From positions 183,582,001 to 183,646,000 of the forward strand of contig OX597815.1 in assembly GCA_951406725.2 (NCBI GenBank): DNA of 64,000 nucleotides, given 5' to 3'. Shown piece by piece: positions 11,801 to 26,800 of this stretch. The notes beneath the pieces are model-generated. The model was not told the origin of the DNA. It saw only the letters and a program-made list of their open reading frames with translations, and did not search any database. Position 1 is the stretch's first letter. Each line of letters starts with the position of its first letter. The stretch is from Octopus vulgaris (Eukaryota). Both the position numbers and the translations under genes were made by a program.

Positions 11801-14800
11801 TGCCCGTGCTTAGCTGAATAGGAGAGGAAGCGATTATTTAAACATGAAAAGTATTCTGTTTAATGAGGTGCTAAATTTTAAGAAAAATTCAGTATATAAG
11901 GTAAGGTTTGTTGATATTGAAAAGATTGAGAATTAATAATCCATGTTTAGATGAAATCAACGAAAGGAAGAATGTCGTTTGGGATGCAGAAATATTCGTG
12001 TAAAATATTTTGGAAATGCTGTGTAGAGCGAAAACGTGAACATCGGTACCGGTGAACGATGAACCGATGTCGATAACTGTGAGACGTAGCAGTGAAGCGA
12101 TAAGTGTTGATGGATTATTTGATAGCTGAATTTAGTTAGAATTTAGGTTGTCAGGTAAAGAACAGGACAGGTTAGTATCATTCTGAGAGTGTAACGCAAT
12201 AGTATCGCTGAGAATATGAAATTTTCAGCAGTTCTCAGGAAAATACTATTTTTATAATGGATGGGGATGAAAGGTAAAATTAGAATTCTCCCAATCGTAG
12301 CATCTTAGAAAAGATTACGGTGTTTGTGCAAAGGAGAAAACTGGTGTTCGTCCGATTCATTGTTCAATGAAATTATTATATGAGCAAAAGATCTGATCAC
12401 GTGATTCTTTTACTTTTTCTAATTGTCGTTGAAATGGATTGTGGCTGATCAATTTTTCAATAATTGATAGTAAAGAGTGAGAAGAATCGCCGTCACCGGT
12501 GTGAGATTGTAGGAATGTAGAGTATTTTTCTGCAAGATATTTCTTTGTTTTACAGTGATTAATGTATATTGAATGAACGTGCGGCATTTGTTGACTTCAT
12601 AGGAAGTATGTTTGAAAAAGGTTATTGTTTAGTACGTATAGAATAAAACTCACGCGGACGAGTGGTTGGGAGAGTTGGTGCAGTTGCTGAGGTGACTGGT
12701 GCCGTTGTTGTTGAGATAGGGTCTGCAATATTAGATGGAAGGCAAAATATTCGTTAGTAGAATTAGATAAATTTCGATGAAATTGGAAAACGAAGTAAAG
12801 GCATCTAATGATTAGAAGTTTCATGTAAACTGCTTACGTTTACAGAGTTTCGCAGAGAGAGTTACCAACATGTCTCGTGTTGGATCGGTTGGAGAAAGTT
12901 CAATTTGTAGCATGGTTTGACTATTATGTTGTGGAATGGCAACTGGTCGATCTGGTGAGGATTCCTAATAAATGAAGGGTAAAATTAACTGAAATAAACT
13001 TGAACAGCAAGGAAAGAGTGAAAATTATACAGTTTGTGTTTTCGATGACTGAAAGAGCCCCATTATAATGTGGCTGATGAAAATAATAGAAACACCTATC
13101 ATTAGAGAAGCATAATATTGAAATATCTATAAAACCGGGCAAAGCTTGTTTAATCTTATGTGTTTTGATTAATTATGAGTGTTGCTTAATATGATTTGCC
13201 CAAATTTTCGTTTCATTTAAGATATCATGAGAAAAAGGTAATTAAAATTCGTTTGCATGTACTCTTGGAAAATATTATCTTTTAATAGAGTTACATAAAT
13301 ATATAAACTGATATAAACTTGAAGTGTAGAGAAAGAGTGAAAATTATAGAGTTCCAGTTTTCAGTGACTGAATGTGCCATATTATATGTAAGAATGAATA
13401 TTATCGATTAATTTATCGAAGAATATCGAACGTTTGAAATAGGAAATGTGTTGAGTTTCGAAATAGTGAATGGTGTGATTCAGCACGTTGCTGTAAGTAG
13501 AATGAATAAAAGGGCGACGAATAAATACCTGGATTTGTGTTTTTGCAGAAGGATGTAATATGGAAACGGTATAGGATTTCACATTGTCGTGTTCAACAAG
13601 GCGAATTATAGCGCCAAAATCTAGGTTGGGGCCAATAACTAAGGTGATAGTCCTATTCTTATTGGAATTAGTTATCCATCCAACATCTGGTCTGATGTCT
13701 CCTGGATTGCCAACTGGGGGATTGAGAGAGATGGCTGTATCTGGGAGGAAAGATTCATCATTCATCGTTTCTGACAGCGGACACGACCCTGATAAAGAAA
13801 ACAATTGCCTCTTAAATAATGCAAAATTAAGGTAAAGTGTGTGTCTGTTGTATATGTGAAAGAAATGAATGGTTGGACTTAAGAAAAATTGTATTAATAT
13901 TACTTACATTGACGAGAGGTTGTTGGGCTTGGAACAAGTTCTGTAGTTGCCATGGCAGTGGAGGCAGTTGCTGCATTATAAAACACGCATCGGATGAAGG
14001 ATGTATAAAGCGAAGAACATAATTTTACAAGATTTATATTGAATATTTTCGATACAGCCTAGAGACTCACTTGCAGAAATAGAAATAGGAAAGGTATTGG
14101 GAAACAAAAATGCGTGGATATGGAGGAAAATTTGATCGTTCTCTTGGTTTCTGTCAGGAATGTAATATCGATAGAGATTTCTTACATGAAATACAAACGA
14201 GTTTGCATAAAATGCCCGTGCTTAGCTGAATAGGAGAGGAAGCGATTATTTAAACATGAAAAGTATTCTGTTTAATGAGGTGCTAAATTTTAAGAAAAAT
14301 TCAGTATATAAGGTAAGGTTTGTTGATATTGAAAAGATTGAGAATTAATAATCCATGTTTAGATGAAATCAACGAAAGGAAGAATGTCGTTTGGGATGCA
14401 GAAATATTCGTGTAAAATATTTTGGAAATGCTGTGTAGAGCGAAAACGTGAACATCGGTACCGGTGAACGATGAACCGATGTCGATAACTGTGAGACGTA
14501 GCAGTGAAGCGATAAGTGTTGATGGATTATTTGATAGCTGAATTTAGTTAGAATTTAGGTTGTCAGGTAAAGAACAGGACAGGTTAGTATCATTCTGAGA
14601 GTGTAACGCAATAGTATCGCTGAGAATATGAAATTTTCAGCAGTTCTCAGGAAAATACTATTTTTATAATGGATGGGGATGAAAGGTAAAATTAGAATTC
14701 TCCCAATCGTAGCATCTTAGAAAAGATTACGGTGTTTGTGCAAAGGAGAAAACTGGTGTTCGTCCGATTCATTGTTCAATGAAATTATTATATGAGCAAA

Positions 14801-17800
14801 AGATCTGATCACGTGATTCTTTTACTTTTTCTAATTGTCGTTGAAATGGATTGTGGCTGATCAATTTTTCAATAATTGATAGTAAAGAGTGAGAAGAATC
14901 GCCGTCACCGGTGTGAGATTGTAGGAATGTAGAGTATTTTTCTGCAAGATATTTCTTTGTTTTACAGTGATTAATGTATATTGAATGAACGTGCGGCATT
15001 TGTTGACTTCATAGGAAGTATGTTTGAAAAAGGTTATTGTTTAGTACGTATAGAATAAAACTCACGCGGACGAGTGGTTGGGAGAGTTGGTGCAGTTGCT
15101 GAGGTGACTGGTGCCGTTGTTGTTGAGATAGGGTCTGCAATATTAGATGGAAGGCAAAATATTCGTTAGTAGAATTAGATAAATTTCGATGAAATTGGAA
15201 AACGAAGTAAAGGCATCTAATGATTAGAAGTTTCATGTAAACTGCTTACGTTTACAGAGTTTCGCAGAGAGAGTTACCAACATGTCTCGTGTTGGATCGG
15301 TTGGAGAAAGTTCAATTTGTAGCATGGTTTGACTATTATGTTGTGGAATGGCAACTGGTCGATCTGGTGAGGATTCCTAATAAATGAAGGGTAAAATTAA
15401 CTGAAATAAACTTGAACAGCAAGGAAAGAGTGAAAATTATACAGTTTGTGTTTTCGATGACTGAAAGAGCCCCATTATAATGTGGCTGATGAAAATAATA
15501 GAAACACCTATCATTAGAGAAGCATAATATTGAAATATCTATAAAACCGGGCAAAGCTTGTTTAATCTTATGTGTTTTGATTAATTATGAGTGTTGCTTA
15601 ATATGATTTGCCCAAATTTTCGTTTCATTTAAGATATCATGAGAAAAAGGTAATTAAAATTCGTTTGCATGTACTCTTGGAAAATATTATCTTTTAATAG
15701 AGTTACATAAATATATAAACTGATATAAACTTGAAGTGTAGAGAAAGAGTGAAAATTATAGAGTTCCAGTTTTCAGTGACTGAATGTGCCATATTATATG
15801 TAAGAATGAATATTATCGATTAATTTATCGAAGAATATCGAACGTTTGAAATAGGAAATGTGTTGAGTTTCGAAATAGTGAATGGTGTGATTCAGCACGT
15901 TGCTGTAAGTAGAATGAATAAAAGGGCGACGAATAAATACCTGGATTTGTGTTTTTGCAGAAGGATGTAATATGGAAACGGTATAGGATTTCACATTGTC
16001 GTGTTCAACAAGGCGAATTATAGCGCCAAAATCTAGGTTGGGGCCAATAACTAAGGTGATAGTCCTATTCTTATTGGAATTAGTTATCCATCCAACATCT
16101 GGTCTGATGTCTCCTGGATTGCCAACTGGGGGATTGAGAGAGATGGCTGTATCTGGGAGGAAAGATTCATCATTCATCGTTTCTGACAGCGGACACGACC
16201 CTGATAAAGAAAACAATTGCCTCTTAAATAATGCAAAATTAAGGTAAAGTGTGTGTCTGTTGTATATGTGAAAGAAATGAATGGTTGGACTTAAGAAAAA
16301 TTGTATTAATATTACTTACATTGACGAGAGGTTGTTGGGCTTGGAACAAGTTCTGTAGTTGCCATGGCAGTGGAGGCAGTTGCTGCATTATAAAACACGC
16401 ATCGGATGAAGGATGTATAAAGCGAAGAACATAATTTTACAAGATTTATATTGAATATTTTCGATACAGCCTAGAGACTCACTTGCAGAAATAGAAATAG
16501 GAAAGGTATTGGGAAACAAAAATGCGTGGATATGGAGGAAAATTTGATCGTTCTCTTGGTTTCTGTCAGGAATGTAATATCGATAGAGATTTCTTACATG
16601 AAATACAAACGAGTTTGCATAAAATGCCCGTGCTTAGCTGAATAGGAGAGGAAGCGATTATTTAAACATGAAAAGTATTCTGTTTAATGAGGTGCTAAAT
16701 TTTAAGAAAAATTCAGTATATAAGGTAAGGTTTGTTGATATTGAAAAGATTGAGAATTAATAATCCATGTTTAGATGAAATCAACGAAAGGAAGAATGTC
16801 GTTTGGGATGCAGAAATATTCGTGTAAAATATTTTGGAAATGCTGTGTAGAGCGAAAACGTGAACATCGGTACCGGTGAACGATGAACCGATGTCGATAA
16901 CTGTGAGACGTAGCAGTGAAGCGATAAGTGTTGATGGATTATTTGATAGCTGAATTTAGTTAGAATTTAGGTTGTCAGGTAAAGAACAGGACAGGTTAGT
17001 ATCATTCTGAGAGTGTAACGCAATAGTATCGCTGAGAATATGAAATTTTCAGCAGTTCTCAGGAAAATACTATTTTTATAATGGATGGGGATGAAAGGTA
17101 AAATTAGAATTCTCCCAATCGTAGCATCTTAGAAAAGATTACGGTGTTTGTGCAAAGGAGAAAACTGGTGTTCGTCCGATTCATTGTTCAATGAAATTAT
17201 TATATGAGCAAAAGATCTGATCACGTGATTCTTTTACTTTTTCTAATTGTCGTTGAAATGGATTGTGGCTGATCAATTTTTCAATAATTGATAGTAAAGA
17301 GTGAGAAGAATCGCCGTCACCGGTGTGAGATTGTAGGAATGTAGAGTATTTTTCTGCAAGATATTTCTTTGTTTTACAGTGATTAATGTATATTGAATGA
17401 ACGTGCGGCATTTGTTGACTTCATAGGAAGTATGTTTGAAAAAGGTTATTGTTTAGTACGTATAGAATAAAACTCACGCGGACGAGTGGTTGGGAGAGTT
17501 GGTGCAGTTGCTGAGGTGACTGGTGCCGTTGTTGTTGAGATAGGGTCTGCAATATTAGATGGAAGGCAAAATATTCGTTAGTAGAATTAGATAAATTTCG
17601 ATGAAATTGGAAAACGAAGTAAAGGCATCTAATGATTAGAAGTTTCATGTAAACTGCTTACGTTTACAGAGTTTCGCAGAGAGAGTTACCAACATGTCTC
17701 GTGTTGGATCGGTTGGAGAAAGTTCAATTTGTAGCATGGTTTGACTATTATGTTGTGGAATGGCAACTGGTCGATCTGGTGAGGATTCCTAATAAATGAA

Positions 17801-20800
17801 GGGTAAAATTAACTGAAATAAACTTGAACAGCAAGGAAAGAGTGAAAATTATACAGTTTGTGTTTTCGATGACTGAAAGAGCCCCATTATAATGTGGCTG
17901 ATGAAAATAATAGAAACACCTATCATTAGAGAAGCATAATATTGAAATATCTATAAAACCGGGCAAAGCTTGTTTAATCTTATGTGTTTTGATTAATTAT
18001 GAGTGTTGCTTAATATGATTTGCCCAAATTTTCGTTTCATTTAAGATATCATGAGAAAAGGTAATTAAAATTCGTTTGCATGTACTCTTGGAAAATATTA
18101 TCTTTTAATAGAGTTACATAAATATATAAACTGATATAAACTTGAAGTGTAGAGAAAGAGTGAAAATTATAGAGTTCCAGTTTTCAGTGACTGAATGTGC
18201 CATATTATATGTAAGAATGAATATTATCGATTAATTTATCGAAGAATATCGAACGTTTGAAATAGGAAATGTGTTGAGTTTCGAAATAGTGAATGGTGTG
18301 ATTCAGCACGTTGCTGTAAGTAGAATGAATAAAAGGGCGACGAATAAATACCTGGATTTGTGTTTTTGCAGAAGGATGTAATATGGAAACGGTATAGGAT
18401 TTCACATTGTCGTGTTCAACAAGGCGAATTATAGCGCCAAAATCTAGGTTGGGGCCAATAACTAAGGTGATAGTCCTATTCTTATTGGAATTAGTTATCC
18501 ATCCAACATCTGGTCTGATGTCTCCTGGATTGCCAACTGGGGGATTGAGAGAGATGGCTGTATCTGGGAGGAAAGATTCATCATTCATCGTTTCTGACAG
18601 CGGACACGACCCTGATAAAGAAAACAATTGCCTCTTAAATAATGCAAAATTAAGGTAAAGTGTGTGTCTGTTGTATATGTGAAAGAAATGAATGGTTGGA
18701 CTTAAGAAAAATTGTATTAATATTACTTACATTGACGAGAGGTTGTTGGGCTTGGAACAAGTTCTGTAGTTGCCATGGCAGTGGAGGCAGTTGCTGCATT
18801 ATAAAACACGCATCGGATGAAGGATGTATAAAGCGAAGAACATAATTTTACAAGATTTATATTGAATATTTTCGATACAGCCTAGAGACTCACTTGCAGA
18901 AATAGAAATAGGAAAGGTATTGGGAAACAAAAATGCGTGGATATGGAGGAAAATTTGATCGTTCTCTTGGTTTCTGTCAGGAATGTAATATCGATAGAGA
19001 TTTCTTACATGAAATACAAACGAGTTTGCATAAAATGCCCGTGCTTAGCTGAATAGGAGAGGAAGCGATTATTTAAACATGAAAAGTATTCTGTTTAATG
19101 AGGTGCTAAATTTTAAGAAAAATTCAGTATATAAGGTAAGGTTTGTTGATATTGAAAAGATTGAGAATTAATAATCCATGTTTAGATGAAATCAACGAAA
19201 GGAAGAATGTCGTTTGGGATGCAGAAATATTCGTGTAAAATATTTTGGAAATGCTGTGTAGAGCGAAAACGTGAACATCGGTACCGGTGAACGATGAACC
19301 GATGTCGATAACTGTGAGACGTAGCAGTGAAGCGATAAGTGTTGATGGATTATTTGATAGCTGAATTTAGTTAGAATTTAGGTTGTCAGGTAAAGAACAG
19401 GACAGGTTAGTATCATTCTGAGAGTGTAACGCAATAGTATCGCTGAGAATATGAAATTTTCAGCAGTTCTCAGGAAAATACTATTTTTATAATGGATGGG
19501 GATGAAAGGTAAAATTAGAATTCTCCCAATCGTAGCATCTTAGAAAAGATTACGGTGTTTGTGCAAAGGAGAAAACTGGTGTTCGTCCGATTCATTGTTC
19601 AATGAAATTATTATATGAGCAAAAGATCTGATCACGTGATTCTTTTACTTTTTCTAATTGTCGTTGAAATGGATTGTGGCTGATCAATTTTTCAATAATT
19701 GATAGTAAAGAGTGAGAAGAATCGCCGTCACCGGTGTGAGATTGTAGGAATGTAGAGTATTTTTCTGCAAGATATTTCTTTGTTTTACAGTGATTAATGT
19801 ATATTGAATGAACGTGCGGCATTTGTTGACTTCATAGGAAGTATGTTTGAAAAAGGTTATTGTTTAGTACGTATAGAATAAAACTCACGCGGACGAGTGG
19901 TTGGGAGAGTTGGTGCAGTTGCTGAGGTGACTGGTGCCGTTGTTGTTGAGATAGGGTCTGCAATATTAGATGGAAGGCAAAATATTCGTTAGTAGAATTA
20001 GATAAATTTCGATGAAATTGGAAAACGAAGTAAAGGCATCTAATGATTAGAAGTTTCATGTAAACTGCTTACGTTTACAGAGTTTCGCAGAGAGAGTTAC
20101 CAACATGTCTCGTGTTGGATCGGTTGGAGAAAGTTCAATTTGTAGCATGGTTTGACTATTATGTTGTGGAATGGCAACTGGTCGATCTGGTGAGGATTCC
20201 TAATAAATGAAGGGTAAAATTAACTGAAATAAACTTGAACAGCAAGGAAAGAGTGAAAATTATACAGTTTGTGTTTTCGATGACTGAAAGAGCCCCATTA
20301 TAATGTGGCTGATGAAAATAATAGAAACACCTATCATTAGAGAAGCATAATATTGAAATATCTATAAAACCGGGCAAAGCTTGTTTAATCTTATGTGTTT
20401 TGATTAATTATGAGTGTTGCTTAATATGATTTGCCCAAATTTTCGTTTCATTTAAGATATCATGAGAAAAAGGTAATTAAAATTCGTTTGCATGTACTCT
20501 TGGAAAATATTATCTTTTAATAGAGTTACATAAATATATAAACTGATATAAACTTGAAGTGTAGAGAAAGAGTGAAAATTATAGAGTTCCAGTTTTCAGT
20601 GACTGAATGTGCCATATTATATGTAAGAATGAATATTATCGATTAATTTATCGAAGAATATCGAACGTTTGAAATAGGAAATGTGTTGAGTTTCGAAATA
20701 GTGAATGGTGTGATTCAGCACGTTGCTGTAAGTAGAATGAATAAAAGGGCGACGAATAAATACCTGGATTTGTGTTTTTGCAGAAGGATGTAATATGGAA

Positions 20801-23800
20801 ACGGTATAGGATTTCACATTGTCGTGTTCAACAAGGCGAATTATAGCGCCAAAATCTAGGTTGGGGCCAATAACTAAGGTGATAGTCCTATTCTTATTGG
20901 AATTAGTTATCCATCCAACATCTGGTCTGATGTCTCCTGGATTGCCAACTGGGGGATTGAGAGAGATGGCTGTATCTGGGAGGAAAGATTCATCATTCAT
21001 CGTTTCTGACAGCGGACACGACCCTGATAAAGAAAACAATTGCCTCTTAAATAATGCAAAATTAAGGTAAAGTGTGTGTCTGTTGTATATGTGAAAGAAA
21101 TGAATGGTTGGACTTAAGAAAAATTGTATTAATATTACTTACATTGACGAGAGGTTGTTGGGCTTGGAACAAGTTCTGTAGTTGCCATGGCAGTGGAGGC
21201 AGTTGCTGCATTATAAAACACGCATCGGATGAAGGATGTATAAAGCGAAGAACATAATTTTACAAGATTTATATTGAATATTTTCGATACAGCCTAGAGA
21301 CTCACTTGCAGAAATAGAAATAGGAAAGGTATTGGGAAACAAAAATGCGTGGATATGGAGGAAAATTTGATCGTTCTCTTGGTTTCTGTCAGGAATGTAA
21401 TATCGATAGAGATTTCTTACATGAAATACAAACGAGTTTGCATAAAATGCCCGTGCTTAGCTGAATAGGAGAGGAAGCGATTATTTAAACATGAAAAGTA
21501 TTCTGTTTAATGAGGTGCTAAATTTTAAGAAAAATTCAGTATATAAGGTAAGGTTTGTTGATATTGAAAAGATTGAGAATTAATAATCCATGTTTAGATG
21601 AAATCAACGAAAGGAAGAATGTCGTTTGGGATGCAGAAATATTCGTGTAAAATATTTTGGAAATGCTGTGTAGAGCGAAAACGTGAACATCGGTACCGGT
21701 GAACGATGAACCGATGTCGATAACTGTGAGACGTAGCAGTGAAGCGATAAGTGTTGATGGATTATTTGATAGCTGAATTTAGTTAGAATTTAGGTTGTCA
21801 GGTAAAGAACAGGACAGGTTAGTATCATTCTGAGAGTGTAACGCAATAGTATCGCTGAGAATATGAAATTTTCAGCAGTTCTCAGGAAAATACTATTTTT
21901 ATAATGGATGGGGATGAAAGGTAAAATTAGAATTCTCCCAATCGTAGCATCTTAGAAAAGATTACGGTGTTTGTGCAAAGGAGAAAACTGGTGTTCGTCC
22001 GATTCATTGTTCAATGAAATTATTATATGAGCAAAAGATCTGATCACGTGATTCTTTTACTTTTTCTAATTGTCGTTGAAATGGATTGTGGCTGATCAAT
22101 TTTTCAATAATTGATAGTAAAGAGTGAGAAGAATCGCCGTCACCGGTGTGAGATTGTAGGAATGTAGAGTATTTTTCTGCAAGATATTTCTTTGTTTTAC
22201 AGTGATTAATGTATATTGAATGAACGTGCGGCATTTGTTGACTTCATAGGAAGTATGTTTGAAAAAGGTTATTGTTTAGTACGTATAGAATAAAACTCAC
22301 GCGGACGAGTGGTTGGTAGAGTTGATGCAGTTGCTGAGGTGACTGGTGCCGTTGTTGTTGAGATAGGGTCTGCAATATTAGATGGAAGGCAAAATATTCG
22401 TTAGTAGAATTAGATAAATTTCGATGAAATTGGAAAACGAAGTAAAGGCATCTAATGATTAGAAGTTTCATGTAAACTGCTTACGTTTACAGAGTTTCGC
22501 AGAGAGAGTTACCAACATGTCTCGTGTTGGATCGGTTGGAGAAAGTTCAATTTGTAGCATGGTTTGACTATTATGTTGTGGAATGGCAACTGGTCGATCT
22601 GGTGAGGATTCCTAATAAATGAAGGGTAAAATTAACTGAAATAAACTTGAACAGCAAGGAAAGAGTGAAAATTATACAGTTTGTGTTTTCGATGACTGAA
22701 AGAGCCCCATTATAATGTGGCTGATGAAAATAATAGAAACACCTATCATTAGAGAAGCATAATATTGAAATATCTATAAAACCGGGCAAAGCTTGTTTAA
22801 TCTTATGTGTTTTGATTAATTATGAGTGTTGCTTAATATGATTTGCCCAAATTTTCGTTTCATTTAAGATATCATGAGAAAAAGGTAATTAAAATTCGTT
22901 TGCATGTACTCTTGGAAAATATTATCTTTTAATAGAGTTACATAAATATATAAACTGATATAAACTTGAAGTGTAGAGAAAGAGTGAAAATTATAGAGTT
23001 CCAGTTTTCAGTGACTGAATGTGCCATATTATATGTAAGAATGAATATTATCGATTAATTTATCGAAGAATATCGAACGTTTGAAATAGGAAATGTGTTG
23101 AGTTTCGAAATAGTGAATGGTGTGATTCAGCACGTTGCTGTAAGTAGAATGAATAAAAGGGCGACGAATAAATACCTGGATTTGTGTTTTTGCAGAAGGA
23201 TGTAATATGGAAACGGTATAGGATTTCACATTGTCGTGTTCAACAAGGCGAATTATAGCGCCAAAATCTAGGTTGGGGCCAATAACTAAGGTGATAGTCC
23301 TATTCTTATTGGAATTAGTTATCCATCCAACATCTGGTCTGATGTCTCCTGGATTGCCAACTGGGGGATTGAGAGAGATGGCTGTATCTGGGAGGAAAGA
23401 TTCATCATTCATCGTTTCTGACAGCGCACACGACCCTGATAAAGAAAACAATTGCCTCTTAGATAATGCAAATTTATGGTACAGTGTGTGTCTGTTGTAT
23501 ATGTGAAAGAAATGAATGGTTGGACTTAACAAAAATTGTATTAATACTACTTACATTGACGAGAGGTTGTTGGGCTTGGAACAAGTTCTGTAGTTGCCAT
23601 GGCAGTGGAGGCAGTTGCTGCATTATAAAACACGCATCGGATGAAGGATGTATAAAGCGAAGAACATAATTTTACAAGATTTATATTGAATATTTTCGAT
23701 ACAGCCTAGAGACTCACTTGCAGAAATAGAAATAGGAAAGGTATTGGGAAACAAAAATGCGTGGATATGGAGGAAAATTTGATCGTTCTCTTGGTTTCTG

Positions 23801-26800
23801 TCAGGAATGTAATATCGATAGAGATTTCTTACATGAAATACAAACGAGTTTGCATAAAATGCCCGTGCTTAGCTGAATAGGAGAGGAAGCGATTATTTAA
23901 ACATGAAAAGTATTCTGTTTAATGAGGTGCTAAATTTTAAGAAAAATTCAGTATATAAGGTAAGGTTTGTTGATATTGAAAAGATTGAGAATTAATAATC
24001 CATGTTTAGATGAAATCAACGAAAGGAAGAATGTCGTTTGGGATGCAGAAATATTCGTGTAAAATATTTTGGAAATGCTGTGTAGAGCGAAAACGTGAAC
24101 ATCGGTACCGGTGAACGATGAACCGATGTCGATAACTGTGAGACGTAGCAGTGAAGCGATAAGTGTTGATGGATTATTTGATAGCTGAATTTAGTTAGAA
24201 TTTAGGTTGTCAGGTAAAGAACAGGACAGGTTAGTATCATTCTGAGAGTGTAACGCAATAGTATCGCTGAGAATATGAAATTTTCAGCAGTTCTCAGGAA
24301 AATACTATTTTTATAATGGATGGGGATGAAAGGTAAAATTAGAATTCTCCCAATCGTAGCATCTTAGAAAAGATTACGGTGTTTGTGCAAAGGAGAAAAC
24401 TGGTGTTCGTCCGATTCATTGTTCAATGAAATTATTATATGAGCAAAAGATCTGATCACGTGATTCTTTTACTTTTTCTAATTGTCGTTGAAATGGATTG
24501 TGGCTGATCAATTTTTCAATAATTGATAGTAAAGAGTGAGAAGAATCGCCGTCACCGGTGTGAGATTGTAGGAATGTAGAGTATTTTTCTGCAAGATATT
24601 TCTTTGTTTTACAGTGATTAATGTATATTGAATGAACGTGCGGCATTTGTTGACTTCATAGGAAGTATGTTTGAAAAAGGTTATTGTTTAGTACGTATAG
24701 AATAAAACTCACGCGGACGAGTGGTTGGTAGAGTTGATGCAGTTGCTGAGGTGACTGGTGCCGTTGTTGTTGAGATAGGGTCTGCAATATTAGATGGAAG
24801 GCAAAATATTCGTTAGTAGAATTAGATAAATTTCGATGAAATTGGAAAACGAAGTAAAGGCATCTAATGATTAGAAGTTTCATGTAAACTGCTTACGTTT
24901 ACAGAGTTTCGCAGAGAGAGTTACCAACATGTCTCGTGTTGGATCGGTTGGAGAAAGTTCAATTTGTAGCATGGTTTGACTATTATGTTGTGGAATGGCA
25001 ACTGGTCGATCTGGTGAGGATTCCTAATAAATGAAGGGTAAAATTAACTGAAATAAACTTGAACAGCAAGGAAAGAGTGAAAATTATACAGTTTGTGTTT
25101 TCGATGACTGAAAGAGCCCCATTATAATGTGGCTGATGAAAATAATAGAAACACCTATCATTAGAGAAGCATAATATTGAAATATCTATAAAACCGGGCA
25201 AAGCTTGTTTAATCTTATGTGTTTTGATTAATTATGAGTGTTGCTTAATATGATTTGCCCAAATTTTCGTTTCATTTAAGATATCATGAGAAAAAGGTAA
25301 TTAAAATTCGTTTGCATGTACTCTTGGAAAATATTATCTTTTAATAGAGTTACATAAATATATAAACTGATATAAACTTGAAGTGTAGAGAAAGAGTGAA
25401 AATTATAGAGTTCCAGTTTTCAGTGACTGAATGTGCCATATTATATGTAAGAATGAATATTATCGATTAATTTATCGAAGAATATCGAACGTTTGAAATA
25501 GGAAATGTGTTGAGTTTCGAAATAGTGAATGGTGTGATTCAGCACGTTGCTGTAAGCAGAATGAATAAAAGGGCGACGAATAAATACCTGGATTTGTGTT
25601 TTTGCAGAAGGATGTAATATGGAAACGGTATAGGATTTCACATTGTCGTGTTCAACAAGGCGAATTATAGCGCCAAAATCTAGGTTGGGGCCAATAACTA
25701 AGGTGATAGTCCTATTCTTATTGGAATTAGTTATCCATCCAACATTTGGTCTGATGTCTCCTGGATTGCCAACTGGGGGATTGAGAGAGATGGCTGTATC
25801 TGGGAGGAAAGATTCATCATTCATCGTTTCTGACAGCGGACACGACCCTGATAAAGAAAACAATTGCCTCTTAAATAATGCAAAATTAAGGTAAAGTGTG
25901 TGTCTGTTGTATATGTGAAAGAAATGAATGGTTGGACTTAAGAAAAATTGTACTAATATTACTTACATTGACGAGAGGTTGTTGGGCTTGGAACAAGTTC
26001 TGTAGTTGCCATGGCAGTGGAGGCAGTTGCTGCATTATAAAACACGCATCGGATGAAGGATGTATAAAGCGAAGAACATAATTTTACAAGATTTATATTG
26101 AATATTTTCGATACAGCCTAGAGACTCACTTGCAGAAATAGAAATAGGAAAGGTATTGGGAAACAAAAATGCGTGGATATGGAGGAAAATTTGATCGTTC
26201 TCTTGGTTTCTGTCAGGAATGTAATATCGATAGAGATTTCTTACATGAAATACAAACGAGTTTGCATAAAATGCCCGTGCTTAGCTGAATAGGAGAGGAA
26301 GCGATTATTTAAACATGAAAAGTATTCTGTTTAATGAGGTGCTAAATTTTAAGAAAAATTCAGTATATAAGGTAAGGTTTGTTGATATTGAAAAGATTGA
26401 GAATTAATAATCCATGTTTAGATGAAATCAACGAAAGGAAGAATGTCGTTTGGGATGCAGAAATATTCGTGTAAAATATTTTGGAAATGCTGTGTAGAGC
26501 GAAAACGTGAACATCGGTACCGGTGAACGATGAACCGATGTCGATAACTGTGAGACGTAGCAGTGAAGCGATAAGTGTTGATGGATTATTTGATAGCTGA
26601 ATTTAGTTAGAATTTAGGTTGTCAGGTAAAGAACAGGACAGGTTAGTATCATTCTGAGAGTGTAACGCAATAGTATCGCTGAGAATATGAAATTTTCAGC
26701 AGTTCTCAGGAAAATACTATTTTTATAATGGATGGGGATGAAAGGTAAAATTAGAATTCTCCCAATCGTAGCATCTTAGAAAAGATTACGGTGTTTGTGC

